A stretch of 60,953 nt of DNA, counting the filler, from Hausera hauseri (lineage: Eukaryota): assembly GCA_046269625.1 (NCBI GenBank). It is 11 parts of 11 records of this genome, joined end to end, with 100 filler letters (N's around TTAATTAATTAA, not from the genome) between each part and the next. Parts side by side here need not be neighbours in the genome. Positions count along the whole stretch, not along the records: positions 6,003 to 14,032 come from JBJURY010807642.1; positions 14,133 to 19,226 come from JBJURY010337602.1; positions 19,327 to 26,678 come from JBJURY010020009.1; 8 more parts are not named here. One strand, written 5' to 3'. Below are positions 12,301 to 22,600 of the stretch, piece after piece (position 1 is the first letter of the stretch; every line of letters begins with the position of its first letter). The notes beneath the pieces are model-generated. The model made no database searches and was not told the origin of the DNA. It worked only from the letters and a program-made list of their open reading frames with translations. The translations under genes were made by a program, and so were the position numbers.

Positions 12301-12562
12301 TCTCCATGATTATTTGACGGACAAGGACGCTGAGGATTGGTCGAAATTAGTGACAAAGGTCGGCGAAATATTGCAGAAATGTCTGACAACCAACGTGTTT
12401 AATAAACTGAAAATATCCATGATGAAGAAACGAGCTGCGGAAAAACATAGAAAGAAAGTAGACGCATGCGCTGAAGCAATTCATGATCCAGAAAATGCGA
12501 TAAATCGGAAAAGAAAAAATCCAGTCATATCAGTAAAAAATGTGAAGAAACGGAAAATGTGA
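6365..12562 (+). CDS. UTP20: U3 snoRNP/SSU processome component UTP20-like HEAT-repeat protein (terminal giant exon; 5' exons not in contig)
   Basis: 2048-aa ORF with UTP20-like blocks (LLNYKMPELMAYRE; ICEFLKSEDIKVRKQA; LQRGFHQHVALFTIH; ELFGELATE; EGKQVKAYEGF; DPENAINRKRK). The frame is open from a TCTTGTAG acceptor at 6364; AATAAA just after the stop. Confidence 0.85.
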   Translation: MILSHLFGLLHTNVTSLLRHITTAIRTFCDNDSNDQLTEKQIETNQKEIWPSIEYFLNYIESVEEKETTDNRLVFTSPLEQSHILNRLNVSREIDWALYRQRLMKLLSYFPTLAGQKTRVLSPILVKLFSNTIQSKKFSYKLKDETLISLLEVYSKIPNISCSFNEKKLKSLFYKGLTNRNGLIQRAAFSVLLNYKMPELMAYREYIFDVIDNKKDELKKVSFSNIESGHRAAVVPIMIRIVVGKLKNKQKEKHLVHYLQEMDQSGINTLISVLFEGLNVVDTIQSQVDISYIGSSIKQYVEGELSKQESNWFRIQSLFKVLQGVCNSLEAVVCGCSYKLSTEEVEKILGVVIDVYWCCSLVRSWTRKVSHVHQDEMMDVDDVVEEEKDGSEAGETEIENNEENQESNEIETGEDQQDEADFKTEIEVEEPEDVRHITQARPLRQLCSKIILFFFKKFENFPWSSRILEHITKDIVEVQLPNIAIENVMSMNLTIQLSVIWSYHPSLIQMISSELFAQFVRLLLNPKLKRDVGSRLVVIIYNIVQHSKNPDMKCAISLQSMVKENIGSLISYLDGRIGLLKSRRKMNLSTKNVEFSTGSVFRKELSLVTTCVEYLITDTVGESEEAMLRMANSVLVYLYSTNQLGVLINSDNDNEVIEQIEVDLLRALYSVLQVVPVERSYSIMERTIGLFGRFTRRASRSLLVQSVDGIWQRMVSQISIPDFVPPLGHTVSMLNSWNEKRIAEMDSEKIGNMFETLTKFLRTNPMSQFITNVDLQQFGTQIHPILWSLIAAAHCCLFLLTKFDEIGIRQSGVDFLETLIESTAAVNNDRLTNTLFMDGIWPGIRTGLRCTQEIFHYTFVGLVHCAIRSFRHTLRFADLVKLVQLEKDQKSFFKQVVSMTPALIGDAMRYLRKFLDKNTVGKQNTMEVLLPIVQFRISATARDGHGGEHDSTGALAALTGLVRGFGEVEYRRMVNEQMNRMDACAVRVLIALLQGYEQGVSTEADEFMLQTLNRLDSHVTQRPVGVHRKAGKSDNSAKMELQVPLVVAMVRIAVRLPRRYLKGLVTKSIIRICEFLKSEDIKVRKQAGQTLLTVLDILNKSDDDDAEEPAFFGFMAQMVCDQLQRGFHQHVALFTIHQLLIKLDGKQTFAGRKLRQSTIDCYTAAYFSELFGELATERNDRQAAEKTSSVVAEGKQVKAYEGFRVLASLVDRGQLLLLLKSIGDVAAGMRSRANMKKLHQLLEMVVSDSGLMKNDRLDAEVLFTVAAMLVNDNADGLLAAEEQIRMSTATGTTKTSADLHLYKRGRRLDGLDTPLVTAAHGGPTYLLTASGLSLLHRLSKAQKINATVDVASMLAPVVPAVLRILRTVQHRPVLLPALRCLKQMVRVRLPQLADSIDDSCLSLFRLQHHGSTTHDQEQRMMRVLINESLAGIIQNYSVGLNDDQYGIVMAGLQLDTASASERGQLTSMALLKAVINRRIQEPTSDGRIVRLSDGLETQLKTVMEQVRELAITGYSERAMTDARCALLLYVQRMRHDEQLITGLLINLLKQLTSLPDQCLSSAALLLISIASKCAHVFGKLAARVVACVMIAMRRDVSDKAEKSMVLLVERTMELIDDGCRVDLLKMVMDEYGRRTVADGPYRSAVRLMTTIGRSVNEQGTQRLRVIDLLMKDLPAVVEHVSHVREQIAAARGQDADLMSVVVNAQRNVDRAEEEEENDDDETDNESVEDMEEMAESMDNEEQPQPLVDNFDELSEKMRSANGNLHSVLQGISSFLDVVSSDKLSETDVESLRHLLRYGNSHGTWTMVFDKLLISENSAVRLRVSRDILQVALKLELEFSLTADCSFITIDTVMTIMRNSFRQLHFTNLEQIECESAVTNMVLLWRIVSDKFDRPTKLDCYGKFIGHANRVIMHEMKEDNSIMRRCAILKLIAAVCDKLNAEDLTEKGLEETLMWIWLREDRGCQLELTSTRHRKHKRTSLHDYLTDKDAEDWSKLVTKVGEILQKCLTTNVFNKLKISMMKKRAAEKHRKKVDACAEAIHDPENAINRKRKNPVISVKNVKKRKM

Positions 12563-13336
12563 ATATGAAATAAAATGTTAATTTTCATTTTTAAAATTTT
12601 GTTGAAAGTTCGGATTTGACAGTTAACATTAACGAGTTCATTTCAACTGCAACAGTGGAATTGTCTAATGCATAATAGCCACAACAGTAGCTGTAGGTTC
12701 ACCACACCGAAGTTCCATACCATTGTTTCTACTCAATTATAACTTTTCCCGGCTAAAACATTGACCATGTTTATCATTAACATCGTCATTCTCTGAGGAA
12801 AATGAATGATGGGGATGAAAAAATAGAACACAATGGACTGTAAAATGGTAACCGTAAAATCGATTATAATTGGTGATCAGAAAAATGTGCAATAGGACTC
12901 GATTCATTTCTGCATATAATGTACCGGGGAAAATATCCAGTAAGAATACATACAGTTTTTGGTGCCGTATTCGACCACAATTAGTCGTAAATATAGGCGC
13001 AACGAAATAAATGTCATACCCAATTACTAAAGCTTTGTGATCACGACTGAATATTAAACCAATTGTTCAATGGAAAGCAAAAGAAACTGTATAATTAATT
13101 GACTACTGAATATAACATGCACGATTCGAATTGAAACTGAAACTGATTTATTTACTTTTTAAATCACATTGAAAAATTGTAAAAGTGTCCGATGTTGAAT
13201 TTTTGTGCATTTAAACAACTGTAGGCTAACAGTAGGTAGATAGGAGCGCACTGGATCAGAACCCATCCGATAGGAAAATTTGCTGTAATTTTTGGTTGAG
13301 AACAAAGCATTTTCTAGTAAAGACTTGTCGTTTCAC

Positions 13337-13463
13337 ATCGTGGTTTCACTATTCCCACTCCCATAGGAAAATTCGCGGTATTTTCTGTACTTATCGTGGT
13401 CTCACTATTCCCAGCCCCGAGAAGAATGCATTTTCTAATCTCATCATGGTTTCACTATTCCCA
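13337..13463 (+). repeat. Three spaced copies of ATCRTGGTYTCACTATTCCCA
   Basis: Copies at 13337, 13393 and 13443; the core recurs inverted at 44249-44264. Confidence 0.75.
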
Positions 13464-14132
13464 CGCCACTTTGTTTAAATTTCGTAAAGTTGAAATAAAT
13501 ACCGGTATGAAAGTCTCGCTTTTAAAAATGTTGCGACCAATTAGTTAACTTAAATTGAAGGCTTTTCTGCTGTAATGTACTTTAATACTGTTAACAAGTT
13601 GAGTTTACAACTATAGGACATACAAAAGAAAAAAGTGAAGTTAAAGTTTATGTGTATACTATGTAAAAAGAAAAATGTAAGCACGATAAGTCGATAGAAG
13701 TGTCCTCCTAACCATTTCCCAAAAGTGCTCATATCGACCTGAAAACCAGTTTTCCCTACCTATCTCACAATTCCGAGCTTTTCAAGTCTGGTGATCGGAG
13801 ACCCCTCAGGGACAGAAGAAGGTTGAGCAATGGACTTTGAACCGAGCCGGTGAGGGCGAACAAAAGTTAATGATTATCTAAAAATCCTAAACATATCCAA
13901 TTATATAATTTCTGAAATTGCCATAAACTTCCGTTCACTAATATAACTGTAATGGCAATTTTCTTCCTTTTTAATATATGTACACACACATACATACATG
14001 TCTAGACATGGTCAGAAATGCATTTGTCGTGANNNNNNNNNNNNNNNNNNNNNNNNNNNNNNNNNNNNNNNNNNNNTTAATTAATTAANNNNNNNNNNNN
14101 NNNNNNNNNNNNNNNNNNNNNNNNNNNNNNNN

Positions 14133-17100
14133 ATGGTACATGAGAAAAATCTTAATAATAATGGCTTTGAGGTTTCCTATAGGTTAGAGGCCTATGTTGT
14201 AATTGTAGCAGGAACTGGCGAACTTGTGTGTAAAGTGTTTTAAATGCATGTGTGTTGTATGTGGTAATTTTTATGTGTCAGAGGGCTGGGTAATTCACAG
14301 TTCAGGCATCTTTTACACTGTCGTGCATGGATCAATTTGATATTGAAGAATATTGAATTGAGAAGTCTGCATTTACAGTGGGTCGACTGTGAAAGTGTGG
14401 ATAAATATATTGTGGGGGTGTTAGAAAATTTTGGGAAAATTGGCATTAGGGTGACTGCAGAGAACTGATTTAAAAGCAATTGGTGGCACCTAAGGAGACT
14501 TCTACAAGGGAAGTCTGTTTGGGGGTACTGTCATTGATTGTGGCACTGCGCCGAATCATTTGTTTTGCAGTTCACGTGTATAACTGAATAACCAGCTTGA
14601 ACATGTCTGAAAAATTTTGGTCTGACTGCGGTGAAGCCCCGAAGGGTTCCCTGGGTTGGGTGTTGTGTCAAACTTGGCAAAAATATGCAGATGAGGTTGA
14701 GACCAGGGTCCACCAGAATGAGAAGAAATTGTTTTATGAGATGTCCTGGACCCTTTTGAGTGACGGTGACTTTGTCGGTCTGACAAATGCGTCACCTACG
14801 GCTGTGGCCTTGGACAGGATTTTAGACAAAAGAAAGAATGCCTATAACTTTGCAGTGGAGGAGAACGCGACTAAATCCAGTAAGGGGGAGAAGGAACGTG
14901 TTTTTAAATATTGGAGTAAAATGTTTAGAAAAATGAAAGACGTGTTGACCAGTACTCAGCAGCAGAAGGTGGAGACCTTGAACTCTGTTGAGTCTGCGGT
15001 GGAGCCTTCTGCGCCAGAAGTGCCAAGTGAGCAGTTTGCGCAGACAGACCAAGTGCCACCTGCTGTTGTTGAAGAACAAAAGACAAAACAGTTGAGTCTA
15101 CGAGGGCCGTATGATGAATGTAATGATCTGATGACCGAGATGGTCAGACAGATGCCTGTTGTGGACGGTGAGTTACAGGAAGCTGCAGCTGCGGCTGATA
15201 TCTGCGGTTCAGACAAAACTGAGACATACGTCACGACTGACAGACTGTCTGAAAACGACAAACTGTATGTGTGTGCGAGAGGAGTGTTGGAGCTAAAAAA
15301 TGTTGAGGAAGAGCCAGGAGCGAAACAGATTATTCATAAACTGGTGAATGTTTCTCCTGCTAATTGGAATGAAGTTGTTGTGAATGACCCATGTGTTCAG
15401 ACAGGTGAAACAAGACAGGGACCTGGACAAACACAGACTGGGGTTCAGGGTGCACGCACACAGACACAAGCAACAAATCCTTGGATAAGATCTTGTGAGA
15501 CTGCTGACGCACAACGAGTCACAAATATACATTCATGTATGGATAACATACACGGTTTTGGCCAGTATCCACTTCTAACATCAGTGTCTGATGGTGGTGT
15601 ACGCTCAGCAGTTTATAAGCCATTTTCAATGCAGGACACACAACTGTTAAAGCAGAGACTGCCAGACATCAATAATGGAGGGGCAGTGTGGATTAAGGCG
15701 TTTCTGGAAACGTGCTCAGGCGTGGTCCCGTGTATGGGTGACTTTAGACGAGTGTATTGTGCTTGTACTTCCTGGAATGATTTACAGGAAGTAGAGAGGT
15801 GGGCGGGTACATTAGGGGTACCGGATGATAACTTGTTGGAGCGTTGTGTGTATGTGTTGTGGCCGCATATTCGTGAGAAATACCCACTGAATAAAGAGAC
15901 AGCTGAGTTGAATAACATTCCTCCTGGCACAGATGAGAGAGGGTCAGCTTACCTTTCGAGAGTGAAGAACTTGTGGGAGTCTAAGTTGGGTGTCGACCCA
16001 GCTACAGATAGGCCAACGTTGATGTTGTTTAGATCTGCAGTACTGAAGTCTCAGACAGACAAAGTAAAGCAGGAGTTGGCTAGGGTGGTAGGTTTGGAGA
16101 AACTGTCTTATGAATTATGGACTGAACATGTGATTCATCACATTGATGCAGAAATAAGAGAGAGAGAGGCAGAGCTACAGGAAATTAGGGGTCTGGAGGC
16201 TCAATTAACAAAAGCAAAACTGAAAGATTTGAGGGAAAAGGTTAATGAAGCAAAACAGTGTCAGGTACAGATGCCCCAGGTGGTTGTGGCACCGCAGCCC
16301 GGACCTCAACCTGTGTACTTGGTACAAAAAGGGGGGGGTTTTGGTCCTGGGAGTGGGGGGTTTGGCGTGAATTTGAGTTCAAATTTCCAGCAACACAACC
16401 CATCTCCTATGTGGATTGGGGCGAAATTAAAGCGACGGGGTACAATGCAGAGAACGAGGACAATGCAGACAAATCCTTGTTTCTGCTGTGGTCAATTGGG
16501 CCATTGGGTGAGAGAATGTCCATTTAATACGGGGGGAACTGAACAACAGGGTGTAGGTCCAGTTTATCAACATGCAGTATACCCTCCACCGACGTTTCAG
16601 CACACTGGGACACAGAATCAGGGACAGTCCTGGGCTGCAGGACTGAGGGGTGGAGGTCAGATGTTTTAGGGTGGCTGGGAGTCAGAAACCTGTTTGAAAT
16701 GTAGAAAATAATCTGTATAGAGTGTGACAGCAGAAGGCCCGAATAACAATAAGATTGTTTTATAAGGACAGGTGGCTAGAGGTCACACCACGCATACTTT
16801 AGAAGTGACAGATATCTGTTTAATCACGTGGTGGTTGGGTGTTTGTGTTGCGGATGGGAAAACAAGACATGTGCAGTGATTTCTTTAACATCACAGACAA
16901 AACATCCAGCAGTCAAGTTTTGTTTTTGAGAAAACCCAGGAGAGCAAAGGTGATGGGGAGCTGCCAGTTGAAACAGATGCTGCAGAAAAACTGAGTTTTG
17001 GCCTGCATGAGGACTGAACTGAAAGTTTTGGGACACTTTGTTCAAGCTTAAGACGCTCAGCTTGAAATGCAGAGACATTTTTGATGCCCCTGTGGGAATA

Positions 17101-19226
17101 TGTGCCGCCACAATGAACTCTAACGAGAAACAACACTTTTCTCCAGCTGTGATGAACCGTTTGGAATGATCTGTGCATTGTTGAGTGACCTGTTCGTTCC
17201 ATGTGATGCCTGGGGCCACTTGGGGTTAGATGGATGTTGGTGCACAAGGTGACAGAGTGTGGGTGATGTGAGGTCCTGGACACCTTAAGATTGTTCATAC
17301 ATGTGAAAACATGGCAGATGAACTTGAATATTTTGATAATATAAAGTTGGGTAAACTGCTGTACAAACTATACAGATTGGGACACTCTATATGCTAATTT
17401 AGGATAATCTCTAAAAATAGGTTAATAAAATGATAATGTGAGGTTTGAAACTGGACTTTTAATTTAGATTTGAGGTGTCTAAACAATAATAAACCTGCGG
17501 TCTGTTAGGGAAGAGATAGATTGCAGAAGTAAACAGTGTTATGCTGCGAAATGTTCATGTGTTAAGAGCGGTATCTTACAGACAGGTGTAACTTACGCGC
17601 TAAAACTGTCTCTTTTATGGGGAGGCACTAGGCAGTAGAAATCATTCTTCTTTTTAATGATAAAATAACTTTCTGTGCAGACTTTGTTCTTCTTTCATTT
17701 TTTATTTTATTTTAGGTGGCTCCACAAATAAAACTTCTAAGGTGTTGGACCTGACATGGTTAGAGTAGAAATTGCATTTGTAGGACAAATGGACTCCTGT
17801 AAATATGACTTTAGCTGCACATCCAAATTAGGAGAGTTGAGTTTAGCTGAGGCTTATAAAACTGACTCTTCAGCACAGACTTGGTTGAGAGAAAAGGGGG
17901 GAAAAGATACAAGTCTTGTGCATAACAGCTTATAGCAGAATTAGAAAGGGGGGGACTAAAACATTTACACTTTTTATAAGAGAAAAATGTGTTAAGGGAT
18001 GGGTAGCCACTACTTCAAATCGGAAATGTTAATTTTGTTAACAGGTAGAGGTTGTTGTAGTGAAAATATCATTGTTCCAGCAGTCTGGTTTGGCTCAGTT
18101 AGATGAATCGGAAATGGTGACAGTGGCAAAATTATGGGCTGGTTATGAAAACATGCAGATGATTCAGTGGGAAGGAGAAGGAGGATCTGAGGTGGAGATT
18201 GTGGCAATTGGATCTTCTGGCTATTAGATAATTACAGAATAAAATGATTGTTTGGATGCTTGTGGAGTGGACAGATATTTGAAAATTGTTGTTTATGTGG
18301 ACCTTTGCAGTTGACATCAGTTGGAGAAAATTTTTCACAAAGGAGAGTTAAAACAGCTAACAGGTTACTTAATCGGGAGAGTATACAGACGTGGTTTAAC
18401 TAGCTGTTTGTAAATATTGAACTATCTTAAACAAATGCAGTCTCCCAACAAAATATGACTTCATAGATAAATTCAGGAGGGGAAAAGGAAATAAACACAT
18501 TTAAACAGATTGAAAATCTGAGACAGGTTGAATGAGAATTTAATTGGACTTGCTGCAGCAGAAATTTGTAAGGTATTTTATATAAAAGAAAATGAATCTA
18601 AACATCTAATTTATTTCAATCAAAACTTTGAAGAAGTTGAGACTTATGGTAAAACAAAAATCAACGTGAAAGTCTAATATTAGATAAATTCAACTACACA
18701 GGATGTGTAGATGAATTTGGGGGGAGGAATAAATCAATAGTGTTTTACTGTTTCTTGCATGTGATTTGATATTGATGACATTTTTTGTTTTACAGGAACT
18801 AAAATGGGGTTTTTGGCCAATCAAGGAATCTGGATTGAAAGGGGGAGGAGAAAACTTGACTGACACTAATCTGACCGACTGGATGACTTGTTAAGGTTTT
18901 AAAAATGTATATAATGTGTATAATAGTCCTGGTGTGGTATATGTATGCTAAAAAGGTTAATTTTAAAGGGCACACACTGCAGAAAAAGCTGTATCAGTTC
19001 AGTTCCATTGAAAGGTGAGTTGATTCTGTGGGAGCTCTGATCTGTGATGAGAACTCAGATCAGCATTCTTGCAGGTCAGCAAAAACCTACATGGACAAGC
19101 TAATGGAAACACAGATGTGGGTGTGGTGCATTTTATTACAGGGGAAACAGAGGACAACTGTAGCGATCGAGTTTGAAAGAAAAATGTATAACGTGTTTAA
19201 CATTTAACTTTATGATTTTTTGAGTG
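14133..19226 (+). mobile_element. Fish-type class I (gamma/epsilon-like) endogenous retrovirus internal region: gag plus heavily eroded pol
   Basis: Intact gag ending TAG-G. Only faint integrase-like remnants follow (e.g. ENMQM ~18147; YLKIVVYVDL ~18275). No LTR recognised. Confidence 0.7.
14603..16669 (+). CDS. gag: Retroviral Gag polyprotein (688 aa from ATG)
   Basis: PSAP late domain; capsid-like YKPFSMQD...LPDINNGGAVWI; coiled coil; CCHC knuckle CFCCGQLGHWVREC. Confidence 0.88.
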   Translation: MSEKFWSDCGEAPKGSLGWVLCQTWQKYADEVETRVHQNEKKLFYEMSWTLLSDGDFVGLTNASPTAVALDRILDKRKNAYNFAVEENATKSSKGEKERVFKYWSKMFRKMKDVLTSTQQQKVETLNSVESAVEPSAPEVPSEQFAQTDQVPPAVVEEQKTKQLSLRGPYDECNDLMTEMVRQMPVVDGELQEAAAAADICGSDKTETYVTTDRLSENDKLYVCARGVLELKNVEEEPGAKQIIHKLVNVSPANWNEVVVNDPCVQTGETRQGPGQTQTGVQGARTQTQATNPWIRSCETADAQRVTNIHSCMDNIHGFGQYPLLTSVSDGGVRSAVYKPFSMQDTQLLKQRLPDINNGGAVWIKAFLETCSGVVPCMGDFRRVYCACTSWNDLQEVERWAGTLGVPDDNLLERCVYVLWPHIREKYPLNKETAELNNIPPGTDERGSAYLSRVKNLWESKLGVDPATDRPTLMLFRSAVLKSQTDKVKQELARVVGLEKLSYELWTEHVIHHIDAEIREREAELQEIRGLEAQLTKAKLKDLREKVNEAKQCQVQMPQVVVAPQPGPQPVYLVQKGGGFGPGSGGFGVNLSSNFQQHNPSPMWIGAKLKRRGTMQRTRTMQTNPCFCCGQLGHWVRECPFNTGGTEQQGVGPVYQHAVYPPPTFQHTGTQNQGQSWAAGLRGGGQMF

Positions 19227-19482
19227 NNNNNNNNNNNNNNNNNNNNNNNNNNNNNNNNNNNNNNNNNNNNTTAATTAATTAANNNNNNNNNNNNNNNNNN
19301 NNNNNNNNNNNNNNNNNNNNNNNNNNGATGGGATTTTGATCATCTGATGTTCTGTTTAGGTTGTAATTACGGGCGGTATGAACAAAGGAATATTGGGGGG
19401 TATATATATATATATACAGGCCTGTTTTCCTTCTTGACGGTTTTGACTAACTCAGATCCATTTTGAATTTGAGTGGAGTTAT

Positions 19483-19665
19483 TGTAACATCCGGAGAAGT
19501 TATTGGATAACTTATTGACGGTTTGGCCAACTCAAAGCCTTTTTGGACTTTGCAGTGGGGACCCTGTAAAATCCGGATAAGTTTGTATATTCCATAACTT
19601 GACGGTTTGGCCTGGCAAAGGACCCCTTCTGAGGGCCTTGCAGAGGTTTTGTAACATCCGGGGCT
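19483..19665 (+). repeat. Degenerate ~83-bp tandem repeat (2 units plus start of a third)
   Basis: TGTAA(C/A)ATCCGG at 19483, 19565 and 19650; TTGACGGTTTGGCC twice. Confidence 0.6.
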
Positions 19666-22600
19666 ATGGTTCTAAGATTATAAAATACGTATTGTTGCTT
19701 CTGGGTGGTTTTGCACTTATAAACGGTGTCTTGGTTGAATGAATGAAAGGAGGGGCTGCTTTGTTTGAATGTCTGTTCGATGCCTGTTGTCGGCTGCAAA
19801 GTTTAACTGCTTTCTGTTTGTGTCTCAGAGAGACTGAGAAAATAATGATGAATGACTGGTGATGTTTTTTCTTTTTTTTTTTTTTTTCTCTTTCTTATTT
19901 TTTGCGTGCTCGTTTGGAGAATGAATTTTTGCACAGTGCTGCACATGGCCAGCAATTGTGACTTTGTTCTGCCTGTCCGGCAGCCATCTTGTTCAGGGCT
20001 TCCGCCATTTTGGTTGGAGCCTCCTCCATCTTACACAGGGCTCTCTCTCACTCGTTCTCTCTCTCGTTCTCTCTCTCTCTGTCTATTTCGTTTTGTTGTC
20101 TGACTGGGTATTTGTTAATTTGGAACCAAATTGATATTGCCATTTTATTAATGATGTTTGTATGAATATATACATAAATAGAGAGATACCCTTACAGATT
20201 ATTTTTATTTGGATTTCTGCTGCCCTTCTCACATATGGCTTTTCTTCCCACTTTCCATAAAGCTTTAAAACCCCACGTACTACAGGAATGTTCTGAAAAG
20301 TTAACTGTTAATACTACTTGTTTTTGGACAGCTACACTTTGTTAAAATAATAGTAGGTGAAATAAAGTAGAAATATCCATTAGTTATCATAAAATAATTC
20401 TTGCTAAAATTAGTTACAGAAAATACCATTGTTGAACAATGTTTAGACTTTGGGACTGAAACATCTCAAACCATAAAATTTAGTTCTTTTTTCCTTTGTC
20501 ATGTTTGTCCTATGTGTGGCCACTGTATGTCTGTATGTGTTTTGTTTTTGTTACTGACTAAACTGACAGACTTGACTGAAAAAAGGGGGACTATGACATA
20601 CTGACAGGATTCAGGATAATACTAGGATGTAAAGTTTTCTGTTTTCTCATGACTTATGAACTGTGGTAGACTAATGATTACATGTTATATGTTTCAGTGG
20701 AGCTGGACTTATTTTGTTTTGAGTTTTGCTAGGCAAGCTTTGGTTCAGTTGTAAAGAATGATTGAGTAGTGCAAATTGACTATATTGCCTTTGATGCATT
20801 TTGTGGAGTTTTTCTTTTTGTTTTACATTCATTTATTTTTATATATTGAGATGGTTTTCATGAGAAATCTTGTAATACAATGTTACAGTTGTGTTGTCTG
20901 GAAAATAATTATTTACAATATTACATAATTTTCTATGGATACAGGTGACCGGGTGTTGAAATTTCTCTTAAACATTTACACCTTCTCAGTTCACTACTTT
21001 TAGGAGGGTCTTTGAGAATAGGGGTGAACATAGGGGTGAGTTGCAATACAGAGTTTGTTCCCCTTTGAAAGCTGAACCCCCGTTTGAGCATGTGTTAAAG
21101 CTGACACCTACAGACTCAGGTTAGATGCATAGTGAACTGTGTTGATACATATATGATAATTATTTCATTGATATGCTACAATTGTTATGAATACACTAAC
21201 CATGGGAAATTACTGTTTAAAGCCTTGAAACAAAATAGTGTGGTGATTCAAAAACAAGGACAGTAGCTGAAACTTTAAAGTAAAACGAACAGAGATGCTC
21301 TATTCTACAGTTTGCCTCCTACTGTTCTATCAGATCATCCAGGGATGATTCTTCTCTGAGGACGAAGACAAGGCAGCTGAGTTTTATTCATTTTAGTACC
21401 TTTCTGTAACATAGACGTAATTACTTTCCAGTTGAACAACTCTGTATGGTTCCCATATGAGGACACAGTCACTTTTCTTTCATTGAACGTATGATGAAGA
21501 TGCTGCTGCCACACTTTAAAGATCATACATTTTCCAGTTCAGATTACAGGTTTGACCCATCTACATGAATTCAGCAGGATGGATTTCTATTTCTATGAGG
21601 TCTGTGACGCAAAATCTAATCTGCAGTTTTTATTGGATATTGGCCCTGATTTTTTGTTTTTCTTGCTGGACCTCGAATGACGCTAGGCGTAAAGATGTTT
21701 ATTCTTTGGGTTGGACTGTTTTTGTGTTAATTTTAGTCAGGGACTTTAGGTTGCATTTGAGGGTCTTCATATGACGTGTTGGATATTTCTCTCCAGATGT
21801 CTAGAGTTCGTTTACACAAGTATACGTAACTCTTTCTTACTCCCCTTTCTTACAGTGAACTAACGTGCAATAGAAATGTACATTACTACTTCTATTGTTC
21901 TGTAGACAAATTTTACTTTATCCAACTGTTCTCTGTCAGCCAGGTCGACAGTTTTAGGAGCTGCCTGAGTAGTACTTCCCCGTTCTCCTCCTCAACCTCT
22001 GATTTGGCATACAGACCTAACATGTTGCCAGACCCTTTCTACTACTGGAGGTTACCCAACATCAATGAGCTTTCTGCTTACAGGTTACAAATTTTATTTC
22101 CATAGGCGTGTACTCTGTACATGACCTTATTGAAAGTTACAGTTTAGTGTTTTTCGGACTGCCGACGTACAGAAATAAAAGATTTATGACCCGCTTTGCT
22201 ATGTTTATTTTATGAACTAATATAGCGCAAGTGGTTCCCTACAAAAATTATATAAGATATGTCATCTTCGGTGGAAGATAGTCCAGGACACGGTGAGGAT
22301 GCCCTCTGTGTAGAGTCTGCAGCTGCGCGCACTCGCTGTCAGTCCAACAGTATGCCCCGCCCTGCTCTGTTGTGATTGGGTAACTCTATTCCTGTGGTTC
22401 TCTCTATTGGGTGAAATAACTCTCAGTCTCATCCCTAGACTGCTCAAACAACTTACAAGTGACTGACACCCGTGGTGGAAACCTTTAATCACGCTTTATC
22501 TCCTGGTTCTCCACCGGACCACAGGGAAGCAGGTTCTGGTTGTCTGAGATACCAATAGGTTGTCTCGGTCGACCTGAACAATGGTTGTGTCGACCCCTGC

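Noticed and set aside
6911-12389. Short ORFs overlapping UTP20
   Set aside because: Shadow frames of a long coding exon with no motifs.
13337-13463. CRISPR-like repeat-spacer pattern
   Set aside because: Only three imperfect repeats, the spacers resemble each other, there are no cas genes and the context is eukaryotic.
14481-14495. TGGTGGCACC as ERV primer-binding site
   Set aside because: No upstream LTR end and no tRNA match that I can support.
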